Origin: a virus
Virus record (IMG/VR): IMGVR_UViG_3300041956_000050
Location: 44,064-108,063 of that record
Strand: one strand, 5' to 3'
DNA length: 64,000 nucleotides
Part shown: positions 34,271-44,833 of the stretch, one piece after another
Position numbering within the stretch: position 1 is the stretch's first letter
Layout: each line of letters opens with the position of its first letter
Program-made: the position numbers and the translations under genes
Notes under the pieces: model-generated
Told to the model about the DNA's origin: nothing
Database searches by the model: none
The model's input: the letters and a program-made list of their open reading frames with translations, nothing else

Positions 34271-35380
34271 CTAGTAGAACCAGGGCTGAAGCTCGCCGGT
34301 TCCGCACACCGGGCAGTAGACCTTCGTGCCCTCGCTCGTCGGGTACTGACCCGGCTGCTCGATGACGATCCAGGGCTTCTCGCCCGGTGCCAGCACGCCG
34401 GTCGAGGCGTTCAGGAAGGCGGCATCGATCTTGTCACCCTCGCGAGCGTTGTACTCGCTCAGCGCCAGCACCTCGTGGTCGGCGTAGTCGGAGCCGTTCC
34501 ACTCGGCGCTCTCCTCGTAGCCACCGTTGCCGGACCACATCGCCTGGCAGTCATGGTTGTCACAGCAGATGCCGTAGCGGCTCCAGTCGAACCATGACGG
34601 CGAGTCGCCCTCGATCCAGGCGGTGAAGGCGCGCGGCCGGGTGAACCCACCGCGAGCGTCAGCGCCACCGTGGATCATGATGAGCGCGATGCCCTCACCG
34701 TGGTCGATGGACTCATGCTCGAAGTAGATCCAGTGAATGTCCTGCGACAGACAGTTCTCCTCGTTGTAGGTGTAGCCCTCGGCGTAGTCGCCGTCGCCAT
34801 AGATGCCAGTTGCCGGATCGTAGCCGTGCATCTCGACCCAATCCTCGGCCGTCATCTCGGACTCACCCTCCTCGCGGGTGGCGTTCCACTCGATCCGCTC
34901 CTCGTTCTCCTCGGCAGCCTTGATCGCCATCTGGCGAGCGTAGTAGTCGGGGAACTCGCGGTAGATCTCGAACCATGACGGACGGTCATAGCGGTCCTTG
35001 CCCTCGTCCATCTGCTCGGCCAGCTTGTCAAGCATGGCGTCAGCCTCGGCGTTGTACTCAACGGCTTCCTTGAGCCAGTGGTACACACTGTGGTTGACCC
35101 ACAGTTCGGCCTGCGTGCCACCGTTCACCTTGTAGTCAGGGTCGCGGTGGCTCTCGTGCGGGCCAACGCACGGCCAGCCGAACGTGCTGACCGGCTGCGC
35201 CTCGAAATACTCGACGGCGGTCATGCGCGACGCACCGACGGCGGCTCGGTTGCGCTGCCACATACGGCCGTTGGCCCCACCGCTGTCAAGCATGTGGGTG
35301 CCAGTGTTCTCCATCAGCATGTCTGCGATCACGCGAGCGTTGATGAAGTCGCGGACCTTGGTCTTCTTGATACGGGGCAT
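34271..35380 (-). CDS. large acidic hypothetical protein
   Basis: 369-aa ORF with ENTGTHMLDSGG and IHGGADARGG motifs and a C-terminal CPVC. Confidence 0.65.
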   Translation of the reverse strand: MPRIKKTKVRDFINARVIADMLMENTGTHMLDSGGANGRMWQRNRAAVGASRMTAVEYFEAQPVSTFGWPCVGPHESHRDPDYKVNGGTQAELWVNHSVYHWLKEAVEYNAEADAMLDKLAEQMDEGKDRYDRPSWFEIYREFPDYYARQMAIKAAEENEERIEWNATREEGESEMTAEDWVEMHGYDPATGIYGDGDYAEGYTYNEENCLSQDIHWIYFEHESIDHGEGIALIMIHGGADARGGFTRPRAFTAWIEGDSPSWFDWSRYGICCDNHDCQAMWSGNGGYEESAEWNGSDYADHEVLALSEYNAREGDKIDAAFLNASTGVLAPGEKPWIVIEQPGQYPTSEGTKVYCPVCGTGELQPWFY

Positions 35381-38300
35381 CCCTTGTTCCTCGTCGTCGG
35401 TGTTGTCAGTTACTAGGCGGCGTCGTCAGACTCGATCTCGTACAGACCGAAGTCGCCGTCGAACCACTGCCACGCATATCCCTCCGGGATGACCGGCGGG
35501 TTGTTCTGGCCCTTGATCGGACGGTCGATGCCGTCGTTGTCGCCACAGTTGAGCCAGTTCAGAGCCTCCTCGGAAAGCTCGATCACCGACTCGTGCGGGT
35601 ACTCCTCCTCGTGGTTCCACTCGTCATACATGCCGAGCGTGAACTTCTCGAACGGGCCGATGATGAAGCCGAACTCAACAGCTACATCAATCATGTCGCG
35701 CACGATGTAGTGGCCACGGTGGTTGTCGAGCCAGCAGCCAGCCTGGTCGATAGTGATGATCGGTCGAATCTGTGCCATGGTTAGGCGACCTCCTCCTTGG
35801 GATTGCTGCGGCGGAAGCTGCGGGCGAACTCCTCCGTCGCACTGGTCTGAGCGTTGACGAAGATGCGCCGCGCCCACGCGGTGCGGCTCTCGTTGGACAC
35901 GTTGCACACCAGGCCGATGTGCGCGATGAAGTCCTCGTCGCTGACGAACCAGTCAACAGTGCCGGGACCATCGGGGTTCGGCTTGTAGAGCATCGCGCCG
36001 TGGATCTTCTCGATCACGCGGAAGCGGGCGACGAACTCGTCAATGTTGCTCTCGGTGATCGCGCCCAAACCGACGCTGATCGTGCCCCAAATGAGCGCGT
36101 TGGTCACCGGGTTCATGCGGCGACCGTGCGGCTCGCTGTCGTCCTTGATCCAGCAGACGCTCTCGTAGTCCTTGATCTTGTCGAAGCTGAAGTTGAGTGA
36201 CATGATTGTTGTCTCCTTACCAACCGGGGCGACCCCAAATGGGGTTGCCGTTGTGATAGATGCATTGCAGTTGCTCGCGAGTGAACTCCCACTCGCCACG
36301 TCCGGCGTTCGGCTCACCGCGCCGGTACGCCTCGATGCTCCGGCACGTGACGATGCGGACCTTGCCGTCTTCCTCGTCAATTGCGATGACGTTCTGCATC
36401 GTGTCGAAGTGCTCACCCTCCATCCAAGCGAGATCGTGCTCGCGGATGACCTCCCACGTGGCCTCCAGGGTGATCGTCGCCGGTCCTGTACCCGGCACCA
36501 TGATTTGTGTCAGCATTAGCGCTCCCTTCCGTCGTGCGTGCATCCAACCTGTCCGCACTGATGGCAGTAGTCGTCGTCTCCGATCACGGTCAGTTCGTCC
36601 ACGTCCACGAAGTGAACAATGTCGTCACCAACCATGATCGCCTGAACCATGTTGTCATTAGTGACAGTCTCCCACACGTACTCGAACTCGCCGTCGATCT
36701 CGTGCTCGACCTCACGTTCCTCCTCGACGTACCCGGCCAGCCAGAAGGCGATGCCGGGACCGAAGCGCTCGACCGTGTAGCGAGCGTCGAAGTCAATGTC
36801 AGTCATGATGATGCTCTCTCCATTCCTGTTCGATATCTCGAAGTGTTTGTAGTGCTGTCTCGTCCTCGGCCATCACTAGACCGACGGCCAGCCCGAGCAA
36901 CATGCTGCCGCTACGCTCGGCGGACATGCCCCACACATCGCACTGGTCGATGATGAGGCCGTGGTTGGGTAGCAGTCGCTTGACTGCCTCAGCCGGACCC
37001 CCACCCAATTCGCGGCCTGCCACCCCCACCAGATCCCATGCCTGACGGAAGGTCATCGCTCAGGGTGATTGTCGCGAGCAGCAGCGTCGAGTGCGGCGAT
37101 GCTCTCGTCACTGAGCCGGAAGCACGACGGCAGGCTGATGCGACCGACGCCACGCTTGATACCGAACAGCGGCTCCCATGCCTCACCGTCATGCTGACAG
37201 TGAACGGCAACCTGTAGGTCGGCAGTGTTGACGACGAAGCCCTGTAACGGGCGCGTCTGTGTGATGTGTGCTATGTGAAGCATGTTTCCTTTATGGGTGG
37301 CGGGTGTAGCCGTAGGCGGCAGCCATGTCGCGCTGCTCCGGCGATGCTTCCAGCATGTTGACACACAGGAAGCAGAAGCTCAGCCCGTTGGGATACTCCC
37401 CATCCGGGCCGGTGCGGTGCGGTTGGCCAGGAAGCCAGCGGTCGCAGCCGTCACAGCACCAGTCGGCAGCGCGCAGATCCTTGCTGCCGCACATCCAGTC
37501 GCCACCGTTGGGCCAGTGCTGATGGGCGACAAGATCAATGACATACTGTGCCTTGCGCTTGCCGCCGACAGTGACGTAGTTCGCCTCAGTGACGGTGCCG
37601 AGCGAGTCCAGCGACTTGCACCAGACGCGCTGGCCGATTGCGTACAGGCTCATGATTCCTCCTCGGGTGCGTAGCACTGGTCGCTGCCGCACGGTGCGTA
37701 GGGTTCCACCGGCACCCCGCAGCGAGGGCACGGTTCCATCTTGACAAGCTCGTCGTTGTCCATGAAGACAACTTCGTCGTGGCCATCTGGCAACGCCATT
37801 GACATTCGCGCTCCGGCCAGGATGATCGTGTAACAGCGCCCGCCGAGATCGGCAGCGCGGTCGCCATACTTGAGTGACGCCATCGCTAGAAGGGGATGTC
37901 GTCGCTGCTGACAGGAAGTGGTGCAGGCACCGGACGGCTCGCGCGGTCGGCATCGATGATGCGCTGAGCCTCACGGTACATCGGGTCGTCGGCGCAGCGG
38001 TAGCCGTCATACGCGGCGCTCCAGTCGCCAGGGTCGTAACCCATGGAGACAGCACCCATGCCATACTCGGCGCGCTGCTCACCTTCACTCTCGTGAGCCA
38101 TGCTCACGTATTCGTATGCTTCGTCAAGAGTCATGCTGTCTCCGTCGTCGTCGGTTGTCGGGGTTGATACTACCAGATTTCAGGACAGGTCGTCCGGCTC
38201 GCTGTGGTACTCGTCGTTGAGCGCGATGCACTCCCACAGCGTGCCCTCCCAGGCGATGAACCAATCGCCCTCGCGCTCGTCCTTGACCATCCACATGAAG

Positions 38301-40481
38301 CTGCTCGACAAGGTGCTGTCATAGGCGACCTTGCTCGCGGTGTCGGCGGGATACATCGTCCGCACCGTGTTCAGTGCGACCAGCATCTCGTGGGTTAGCG
38401 TTACTATTGTCATGCGTATGTGTCCACCTTCCTGACGGCGGCGTACATCTGGAATGAGCCGCCGACGCTCGCGTTGAAGTAGCCAAGATCGATGATCCGG
38501 CCATCGGCCAGCATCGTCTCAAAGACGGCGGACGGATCGGTGCAGCCGTGCTTGGACAGCACGCCCTCGATGAGTCCGCGCCCGTAGCCGGTGCCGTTGG
38601 GGTAGCGGTTCTTGCCGCGTGCCTCAAGGTGTGCCCAATCGGTGAACTGCTTGACCGGGCACTCATCGAGCAGCACTTCGTGAAGGAACGTCATCTGTCC
38701 ATGATCGTCACCGATGTCCTCCAACTTGAACTTGCGGATCGTGATGGTTCCGTCGTCATAGCTGACAAGTGTGACCATCTCGTCGGCGTAGCACACCCCC
38801 TTGGGGGAGGCAGCCGCCTCTTCGATGGCCTCGATCAGCAGCTTGCGACCCATCGGATGCAGGCTAGCCATGGTAACTCCTGTTGTCGTTGATGTAGGCG
38901 ATGATCTCGTCATCGTCACGGCCAAAGACCGGATTCTCGGTCAGGTCGGCGTGGCCGTCGTGGTGACCCCACACCTCACCCTTGACGGGCAGCACGGTGA
39001 AGTGCCGACCAGTGTCAAGATAGACGATGATGCAGTCACCGTCGTGGTCGAACGGGCCACGGTTCTGCTCGATCTGTAGCAGGGTGACTCCGGCGACCTC
39101 GGCCTTGATCCGCGCAGCGAACGCCTCGACGTGCTCGCGGCGGGCGATCCGCAGCTTCACACTGTCGAGCATGGAGAGGGCACGCTCGCGCGCATTGTTC
39201 AGTAGCTCACGTTCCTCGGGGATGGCGCGAGCCTCAAGCTCCTTGACGAAGCTGTCAAAGCTGTTGTCAGTCATTGGCACTGCCTCCGATCTTGTTGAGG
39301 ATGTGCGTCGGCTCGTCGCGCAGGATCTCGCGGTAGTGCAGCAGCGTGCCGACCGGATAGGTGGCGTAGTCGCTGGTCGTCTCGCGGTGCGAGCTACCCT
39401 CCACGAACCACTCCCCGAGCACCGTCTGGAAGTTGCGCTTGCTGTCGCCACTGACGATGACCACAATCTCGTGGCTCAAGCGAGCGTGCGTGTGGTACAG
39501 CACGTCCGGCCCGAACCGGCGCGTCAACTCACGGTTGACAAGCGCGTCCTGAGCGAAGCTGTCGCCATCGTCACTGGTCTTGACGATCAGGTTGTACGAG
39601 TACATGTCACACTCCGTAGTTGAAGATGTTGCCCGGAACGGTGCAGTACGTACCGTCCTGCGAGCCGGTCTTGCGCAGCCATTCGCGCACGGTGGGGTGA
39701 AGCTCGACCGGGACAGTGAACCACTCCGTCGGGTCGGACACGCCGTAGCGCATCTGACCGTGCTCCAGCGCGAAGATCATCGCCTCGTCATCGCGCATGT
39801 AGCTCGGCACGTCCACGCGGTAGATCCGCGAGTACGGCCCGTCACAGTCCGGCTCCCAGCTTGCGAGGAATTGCAGCATTGTTGTCAGTCTCCTTGTGCG
39901 ATGTGGGCATCGAGCTTGTCAATGAGCAAGCAGACTGCCTCGGTGTTGAGATTGATCGCGTCGATCATCGTCTGATCGCGCGCCTTCTGTGATGAGCCGA
40001 CCTTACCGGCCCACTGCATGAAACCGTGAGCCTTCTTGCGGATAGCGTCAGTGTTGGCGAAACGCTCACGCCGACGGTCGGCCTTCTCAGCCTGCTTTTC
40101 ATCGTAGCTTTTGAACATTGTTGTCACACTCCGGAGGAATTGGGGTGGGAGAGGGATGCGCCCATCTGCCAGAAGGCATCGGCGAGCGCGTCATCGCCAC
40201 TGTCAGCGGCAATGTCAGCGGTGTTGAAGCTGACCTCAGCGGCCAGCATTCGTGCGAGGTTCGCGCCAGTACCGACGCGCGGATCGAACAGGAACATGTG
40301 TCTCCTTTGTTTACCAGTCACCGCGCCGGAGAGACTGGCGCGCTGAGCGGCGGTCGTGGCGATTGGCGCGCTTGCCGGACTTGCCGTGCGAGCCACCCTT
40401 GCGGTCGAACGATGCGCGAGCGACGGCAGAGCCGCCAGCCTTGGCATCAGTGACAAGCTTGTTACGCTTCATGATTCCTCC

Positions 40482-41027
40482 TTACCAGGGACAGGCAACG
40501 TCGTCGCGGTGGAGGGCACCGCAGCCCTTACAGTCGATCAGGCGACTGTCATCCGTCTTGCACTCGCCGTTGGCACGGCGCTCCCGAGCGCGAGCGATCC
40601 CATCGTGGATCGTGTGCTTGTGCTTGGGCTTTTCTGACACAGTGGGGAGCGGCTGCTGCGGGTTCGGCTCCAGCGGAGACTCGACCTCCTCGCCCTCCTC
40701 GACCTGGCTATGCCAGTAGTGATGGCAGCGCCGACGGTCATCGTCGGTCTGCTGGCCGGTGCCACGGCAGGCATAGCACGGCCCGGTCTTGCCGGTGTAC
40801 TTACCGTTGACAACCGCGCCGCCCATATAGAACAGCCCGGAGCCAAGGCACTTGAAGCACTTCTCCTCACCGGCCACTTCGACGGTGAACCAGTCCACCG
40901 GATACCACTCGGCGCGATCCTTGCCGTAGCGGTAGATGTTGGCCCGCGTTCCGTCCTTACGGACGGCCAGCACGATGCCGCTGTCGCCATCGCGGACGTT
41001 CTTGACGATGTTTCCCTTGACCATCAT
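40482..41027 (-). CDS. DnaJ-type Zn-finger protein
   Basis: CFKCLGSG...CYACRGTG and a further CKGC; AAGGAG RBS. Confidence 0.65.
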   Translation of the reverse strand: MMVKGNIVKNVRDGDSGIVLAVRKDGTRANIYRYGKDRAEWYPVDWFTVEVAGEEKCFKCLGSGLFYMGGAVVNGKYTGKTGPCYACRGTGQQTDDDRRRCHHYWHSQVEEGEEVESPLEPNPQQPLPTVSEKPKHKHTIHDGIARARERRANGECKTDDSRLIDCKGCGALHRDDVACPW

Positions 41028-41049
41028 GTCTCCTTTGTTGACACAGTGA

Positions 41050-41110
41050 GGATGGCTGCTGGACGCCGGAAGTACACACACCAGAGACTCCCGACGCCCA
41101 GCAGCCACCC
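41050..41110 (-). ncRNA. 24-bp RNA stem-loop (possible RNase III site)
   Basis: Fully paired on the minus strand with 4 G.U pairs, which are all A.C mismatches on plus. Confidence 0.6.
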
Positions 41111-41139
41111 ACTCTGTGAGTGAGTGACTGTTGACTGTT

Positions 41140-41775
41140 TTAGTAGCTGACCGAGTTGACGGTGATGCCAGCCTTCGGCACGCAGAACGCCCACACGTTG
41201 ACGGCCATCGGATCGACCGTCGAGTGACCGCCAGCGTTGCCGCCGAACTGGACGATCCAACCGTCAAGACGGTTGTCCTTCGGCGTGTTCGTGTTCCAGT
41301 CCATGCGACCGGGGAAGGACGACGACACCGGAGTGTTACGGTTCCAGTCGCCAGTCTGGACAACCTGCACGCCGCCACTGATGGCAACGTAATCCTGCGA
41401 GCGGCCCTGATCGGCGGGATCGCACGCGACGGTGGCGATGGCACCCTGATTGGCGTTGCTGTACTTGGCAACGCTGTAGAAGCCACCCATGACACCGGGG
41501 TGACCGTTCTTGCCAGCGGGACCGGTGTCACCCTTGACACCCTGCGGACCCTGCGGGCCACGCGCACCGGTCGCGCCAGTGGCACCCTGCGCACCGGGCA
41601 CACCCGGCTTGCTGAGCAGCTTCTGGACGCCGGGGGAGAGGTCACGCTTGTGGACAGCGCCGTTCTGGATGTTCTTGCCGGTGATCATCTCCGGCACGCC
41701 AGCGGCGTTGGCAGCCGGGACAGCGAGAGCGATGGCAGCGGTCGTTGCGATGGCGATGGTACGAATGCGCTTCAT
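41140..41775 (-). CDS. secreted collagen-like protein
   Basis: Signal peptide, ITGKNIQNGAV repeat-like motif, Gly-X-Y run. Confidence 0.75.
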   Translation of the reverse strand: MKRIRTIAIATTAAIALAVPAANAAGVPEMITGKNIQNGAVHKRDLSPGVQKLLSKPGVPGAQGATGATGARGPQGPQGVKGDTGPAGKNGHPGVMGGFYSVAKYSNANQGAIATVACDPADQGRSQDYVAISGGVQVVQTGDWNRNTPVSSSFPGRMDWNTNTPKDNRLDGWIVQFGGNAGGHSTVDPMAVNVWAFCVPKAGITVNSVSY

Positions 41776-41861
41776 GTGATGTGTTCCTTGTGTTGATAGT
41801 TTCGGGACGGGTACTGCGTGGGCCTTTTAGTGTCATGCCCAGGACATGTCACTGTTAGTGA

Positions 41862-42167
41862 CTAGAGCGCCTTGACGGTGACGCGGATCTTCTGCGGCTT
41901 GCCGAGCGCCGCATCCTGCTCCTGCGAGAGATAGACCGGCGAGGAGCCGTTGTCGCTGATCTCCTCGAAGCGGACACCGCCGCCCGACTGCGGCTCGTGC
42001 GGCTTGATCTCGCGGGTCGTGCGGTCGCGCTTGCCGCGCTGCATCGTGATCGTCACGCTGTCCTGCTCGCGCTTGGGGGTGCGCGTGCGGGTGGCAGCGG
42101 GCTTCACCGTCGTCGTGTTCTTCTTGACGGTGGACTTGCGGGTACGACGGGTGGCGGTGGTCGCCAT
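41862..42167 (-). CDS. small basic protein with T/R/K-rich N-terminus
   Basis: AGGAGG RBS before ATG 42167; lies just downstream of ribozyme HH-A. Confidence 0.7.
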   Translation of the reverse strand: MATTATRRTRKSTVKKNTTTVKPAATRTRTPKREQDSVTITMQRGKRDRTTREIKPHEPQSGGGVRFEEISDNGSSPVYLSQEQDAALGKPQKIRVTVKAL

Positions 42168-42223
42168 GATTGATCCTCCTGTGGATCGGTGAGTGGCAGT
42201 CACTATGACTGGCACATACTGTG

Positions 42224-42315
42224 TACCGACAACCCTTGCGGTCGTCAGCGCGAGCACACACTCGCGAAGCCGCCAGTGTTGGCGGACTTTCGGCTGTTTT
42301 CAGCCGTTGTCGGTA
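42224..42315 (-). ncRNA. hammerhead ribozyme variant HH-A (non-canonical permutation)
   Basis: Minus strand: UACCGACAAC-GGCUG AAAA CAGCC-GAAAG(U)CCGCCA ACAC UGGCGG CUU-CGCGAG UGUGUG CUCGCG-CUGACGA-CC GCAA GG-GUUGUCGGUA; predicted cut between 42267 and 42266. Confidence 0.8.
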
Positions 42316-42488
42316 TTGACAACGATCACCCAGTTGGCATCGGGGTGCATTCCCCAGCGCGCCATGAACAGCGCGGCCGACAGCGTGCCGTCGTCATACT
42401 TGTTCATGTCAAGCCCGACCTCCAGTGCCTCGTCAACGGAGTTGACAGTAAGCTCGGGCCAGTCGGACGAATATATGACACTTGTCAT
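42300..42488 (-). CDS. hypothetical protein; its stop codon lies inside HH-A stem II
   Basis: AAGGAG RBS; TGA at 42302-42300. Confidence 0.6.
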   Translation of the reverse strand: MTSVIYSSDWPELTVNSVDEALEVGLDMNKYDDGTLSAALFMARWGMHPDANWVIVVNTDNG

Positions 42489-43308
42489 ATGTGCTCCTTT
42501 GCAGGGGTTTTCAGTTGCAGCAGACGGGACCGTGATCAGTCTCGATCACGTCCGGCCACCAGCTAGGCCGCACGCGGATACCGCAGCGCTCGCGCCCGCC
42601 GATCTTGCCCGAGGGCATTACCGCGCAGCCGATGATGTCAATTTCGACATCATTCATGTCCGCGAAATGCTCCGCATCGCGCTCGATGACATCGTACATG
42701 TCATCATGCACCCTGTAATAGCGGCGAGCGATGAAGCGGCCAGTGGCGAAGTCGGTGAACTCGAACGGGAATGTGTTACGCATAATGACATGCTCCTTTC
42801 AGGGTTTGATACTAGCGCCAGCTACTGCGGCGACGCTGATTGTCAGCGAACCACGCCTCGTAATGGCGCTCGGACAGTGACAGCGGCACGACATTCGCGC
42901 CCGAGCCGATGGCCGGATCGACCATCAGCGTCTCTGCCGCCATTACTGACAGCGGCGGCTGCTTGGGTGTGCGCTTGCGAGCCGGACGCTTACGCGGCGG
43001 CTCAACGGTGACGACAGCGGTCTGGACAGCCGCAATCGCGGCATCGAAGTCGAACATGTCAGCATCCCTCCGGACGCGAGTAGGTGACAAAGCCATCGGC
43101 CTGGACGTGAGCGTCAAGCCAACGGCACCCAACGGGGCGCGTGAGAATGGCGTCACCGTTGACGGTATCGTCAGCGATGTGCTGCCAGTCGTCGCCCATA
43201 AGGGCGATACGCGCCTTCTGCGCATCGGTGAGCGGATTCATGTCACGGAACGCTTCCCGTAGGGCCATGTCACGCATATTGTTCACCCTTTCCTTGTTTG
43301 ATCCTACC

Positions 43309-43605
43309 CTACGCCACGTAGGGGTCGTAGTTGTAGAACGTTCCGACCTCACTGTCAGTGATCGGAGCGCACGCCTCAGCGTCCGCCTCCAGTCGCCGGA
43401 GCGTGCGCTCCAGCGCAGCCAGCGCACGGCCGGAGCCAACGCGAGGGTCGGCGGTGCCGGAGAAGACCTCGATCTTCGCACGCTTGGCACCCTGAGCCTG
43501 CGACTCTCCGAGCCAGACCTGACGCCCATTGGGCAGGATCGCGGCGATCACCGTGGTGCCGACATTCGTCGGAATGGCAACCGTATCGAGCGTAGTGGTG
43601 AGCAT
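43309..43605 (-). CDS. hypothetical protein downstream of HH-B
   Basis: AAGGAG RBS. Confidence 0.65.
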   Translation of the reverse strand: MLTTTLDTVAIPTNVGTTVIAAILPNGRQVWLGESQAQGAKRAKIEVFSGTADPRVGSGRALAALERTLRRLEADAEACAPITDSEVGTFYNYDPYVA

Positions 43606-43626
43606 TACTGTTTACTCCTTACTGGA

Positions 43627-43715
43627 AGTGTCTGATCCCCCGTAGGGTCATCAGCGAGGGCACACACCCTCGAACGCCCGTAGGCGTTTCGGCCGTTTTC
43701 GGCCGATCAGTCACT
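43627..43715 (-). ncRNA. hammerhead ribozyme variant HH-B (same topology as HH-A)
   Basis: Minus strand: CUGAUC-GGCCG AAAA CGGCC-GAAACGCC UACG GGCGUU-CGAGGG UGUGUG CCCUCG-CUGAUGA-CCC UACG GGG-GAUCAG; predicted cut between 43673 and 43672. Confidence 0.8.
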
Positions 43716-43749
43716 ACTGTTTCACCCCTATGGGGTGGCCGGAATTGGC

Positions 43750-43929
43750 TCAGCCGCAGACCGAGCTACGCTGCCCGAAACCGAGCGCACGCATATCGCG
43801 AAGCCGGATGGAATCCTCACGCTCACGCTCATCGGCGAGATACTGCTCACGGACCCAGGTGAAGTCCTGCGAAGCGGACGCGACGAGGTTGGAACCGGTG
43901 CCCTCGGAGGGATCGAAAATACGCTGCAT
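43750..43929 (-). CDS. hypothetical protein
   Basis: GAAAGG RBS before MQRIFDPS. Confidence 0.5.
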   Translation of the reverse strand: MQRIFDPSEGTGSNLVASASQDFTWVREQYLADEREREDSIRLRDMRALGFGQRSSVCG

Positions 43930-44159
43930 TTGACTACCTTTCGTGTGGAGAGACAGTGTAAACACTGTCATTGATATGAAATATGACAAGTGGAATATGA
44001 CGTTTCGCTACCCTTGACATTCCACTCCCTTCCCGGCCTCTCCCGCTTCTTCCTTCTTGCGCGAGAGGTCCGTGTCAGCATTAGTGACACAGTGAAGCGG
44101 GGAATCTGCCCCGCAGCGGCGAAAATGTGCGCCCAGGAGCGTTCACTGTGTCAATAATC

Positions 44160-44441
44160 CTACCACTTCGTGCGCTGCGTACCGCGCGCCTGACGCCTGC
44201 GGGCGTGACGGCCGTTGATCGGCTTCTGGTGGAAGACCATCGGCTGCACATCGGCCTCGGCCACGCGGCCTCCAGTGACGCCGACACGAGTCTTGACATT
44301 CACTGTGTGACCGTTCTGCTTCGGTGAGGTGCGCAGACCCTTGACAGAAGTCAAGCCGGTGTAGCGCATATCGCCAGCGCCGTAGCCGGAGACGCCAGTG
44401 CAAGCGGTGCTGATCGGTGCTTGGGTGATTTCTGACAGCAT
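44160..44441 (-). CDS. hypothetical protein
   Basis: AAGGAG RBS. Confidence 0.55.
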   Translation of the reverse strand: MLSEITQAPISTACTGVSGYGAGDMRYTGLTSVKGLRTSPKQNGHTVNVKTRVGVTGGRVAEADVQPMVFHQKPINGRHARRRQARGTQRTKW

Positions 44442-44509
44442 TTTGACTCCTTTGGAGGGATGGTGGGGTGACAGTCATCTGTGCTGCCACCCCGTAGGGG
44501 TTGTTCGGC

Positions 44510-44794
44510 CTACAGCGAGGCGTAGTAGAGCGAGGCGTCGAGCATGGTGGGGAAGATGCGGCAGAAGTCGCGCATCGTGCGGTAGGGGCGAAGCCCGCTG
44601 TCACGGTGAGCGGAGTTGATCCGCTGGAACTGCCCGCTGCTCGGCTTGAGCGTGGCCATCTGCGCATCGCGCTTGGGGTCGCGCATGGTGGGGGCGCTCG
44701 TCTGCGCCTTACGCGGGAGCGCGATGGGCGCAATGGTGGTGCCCTCAAGGAGAGCGTTGACTTCTTCGATGGTGGCGATCATGGTGGCGGTCAT
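44510..44794 (-). CDS. hypothetical protein, first gene of the leftward arm
   Basis: GAAAGG RBS before MTATMIAT; lies just downstream of HH-C. Confidence 0.6.
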   Translation of the reverse strand: MTATMIATIEEVNALLEGTTIAPIALPRKAQTSAPTMRDPKRDAQMATLKPSSGQFQRINSAHRDSGLRPYRTMRDFCRIFPTMLDASLYYASL

Positions 44795-44833
44795 TTTGAC
44801 CCTTTCCGACAGCGTAGCTGTCAATGGTGGTGT

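Larger units (their letters stand above)
16215..44794 (-). other. leftward arm of tightly packed small hypothetical genes (probable early / host-takeover region)
   Basis: Dozens of short minus-strand ORFs with ATGA/TGATG overlaps and AAGGAG RBSs; no structural genes recognised. Confidence 0.8.

Noticed and set aside
44465-44510. Possible fourth hammerhead (minus strand GGCCGAAC...CAGAUGA)
   Set aside because: Core deviates (GAAC, CAGAUGA) and no stem I can form; better explained as a simple GGGGUGGCAG/CUGUCACCCC hairpin
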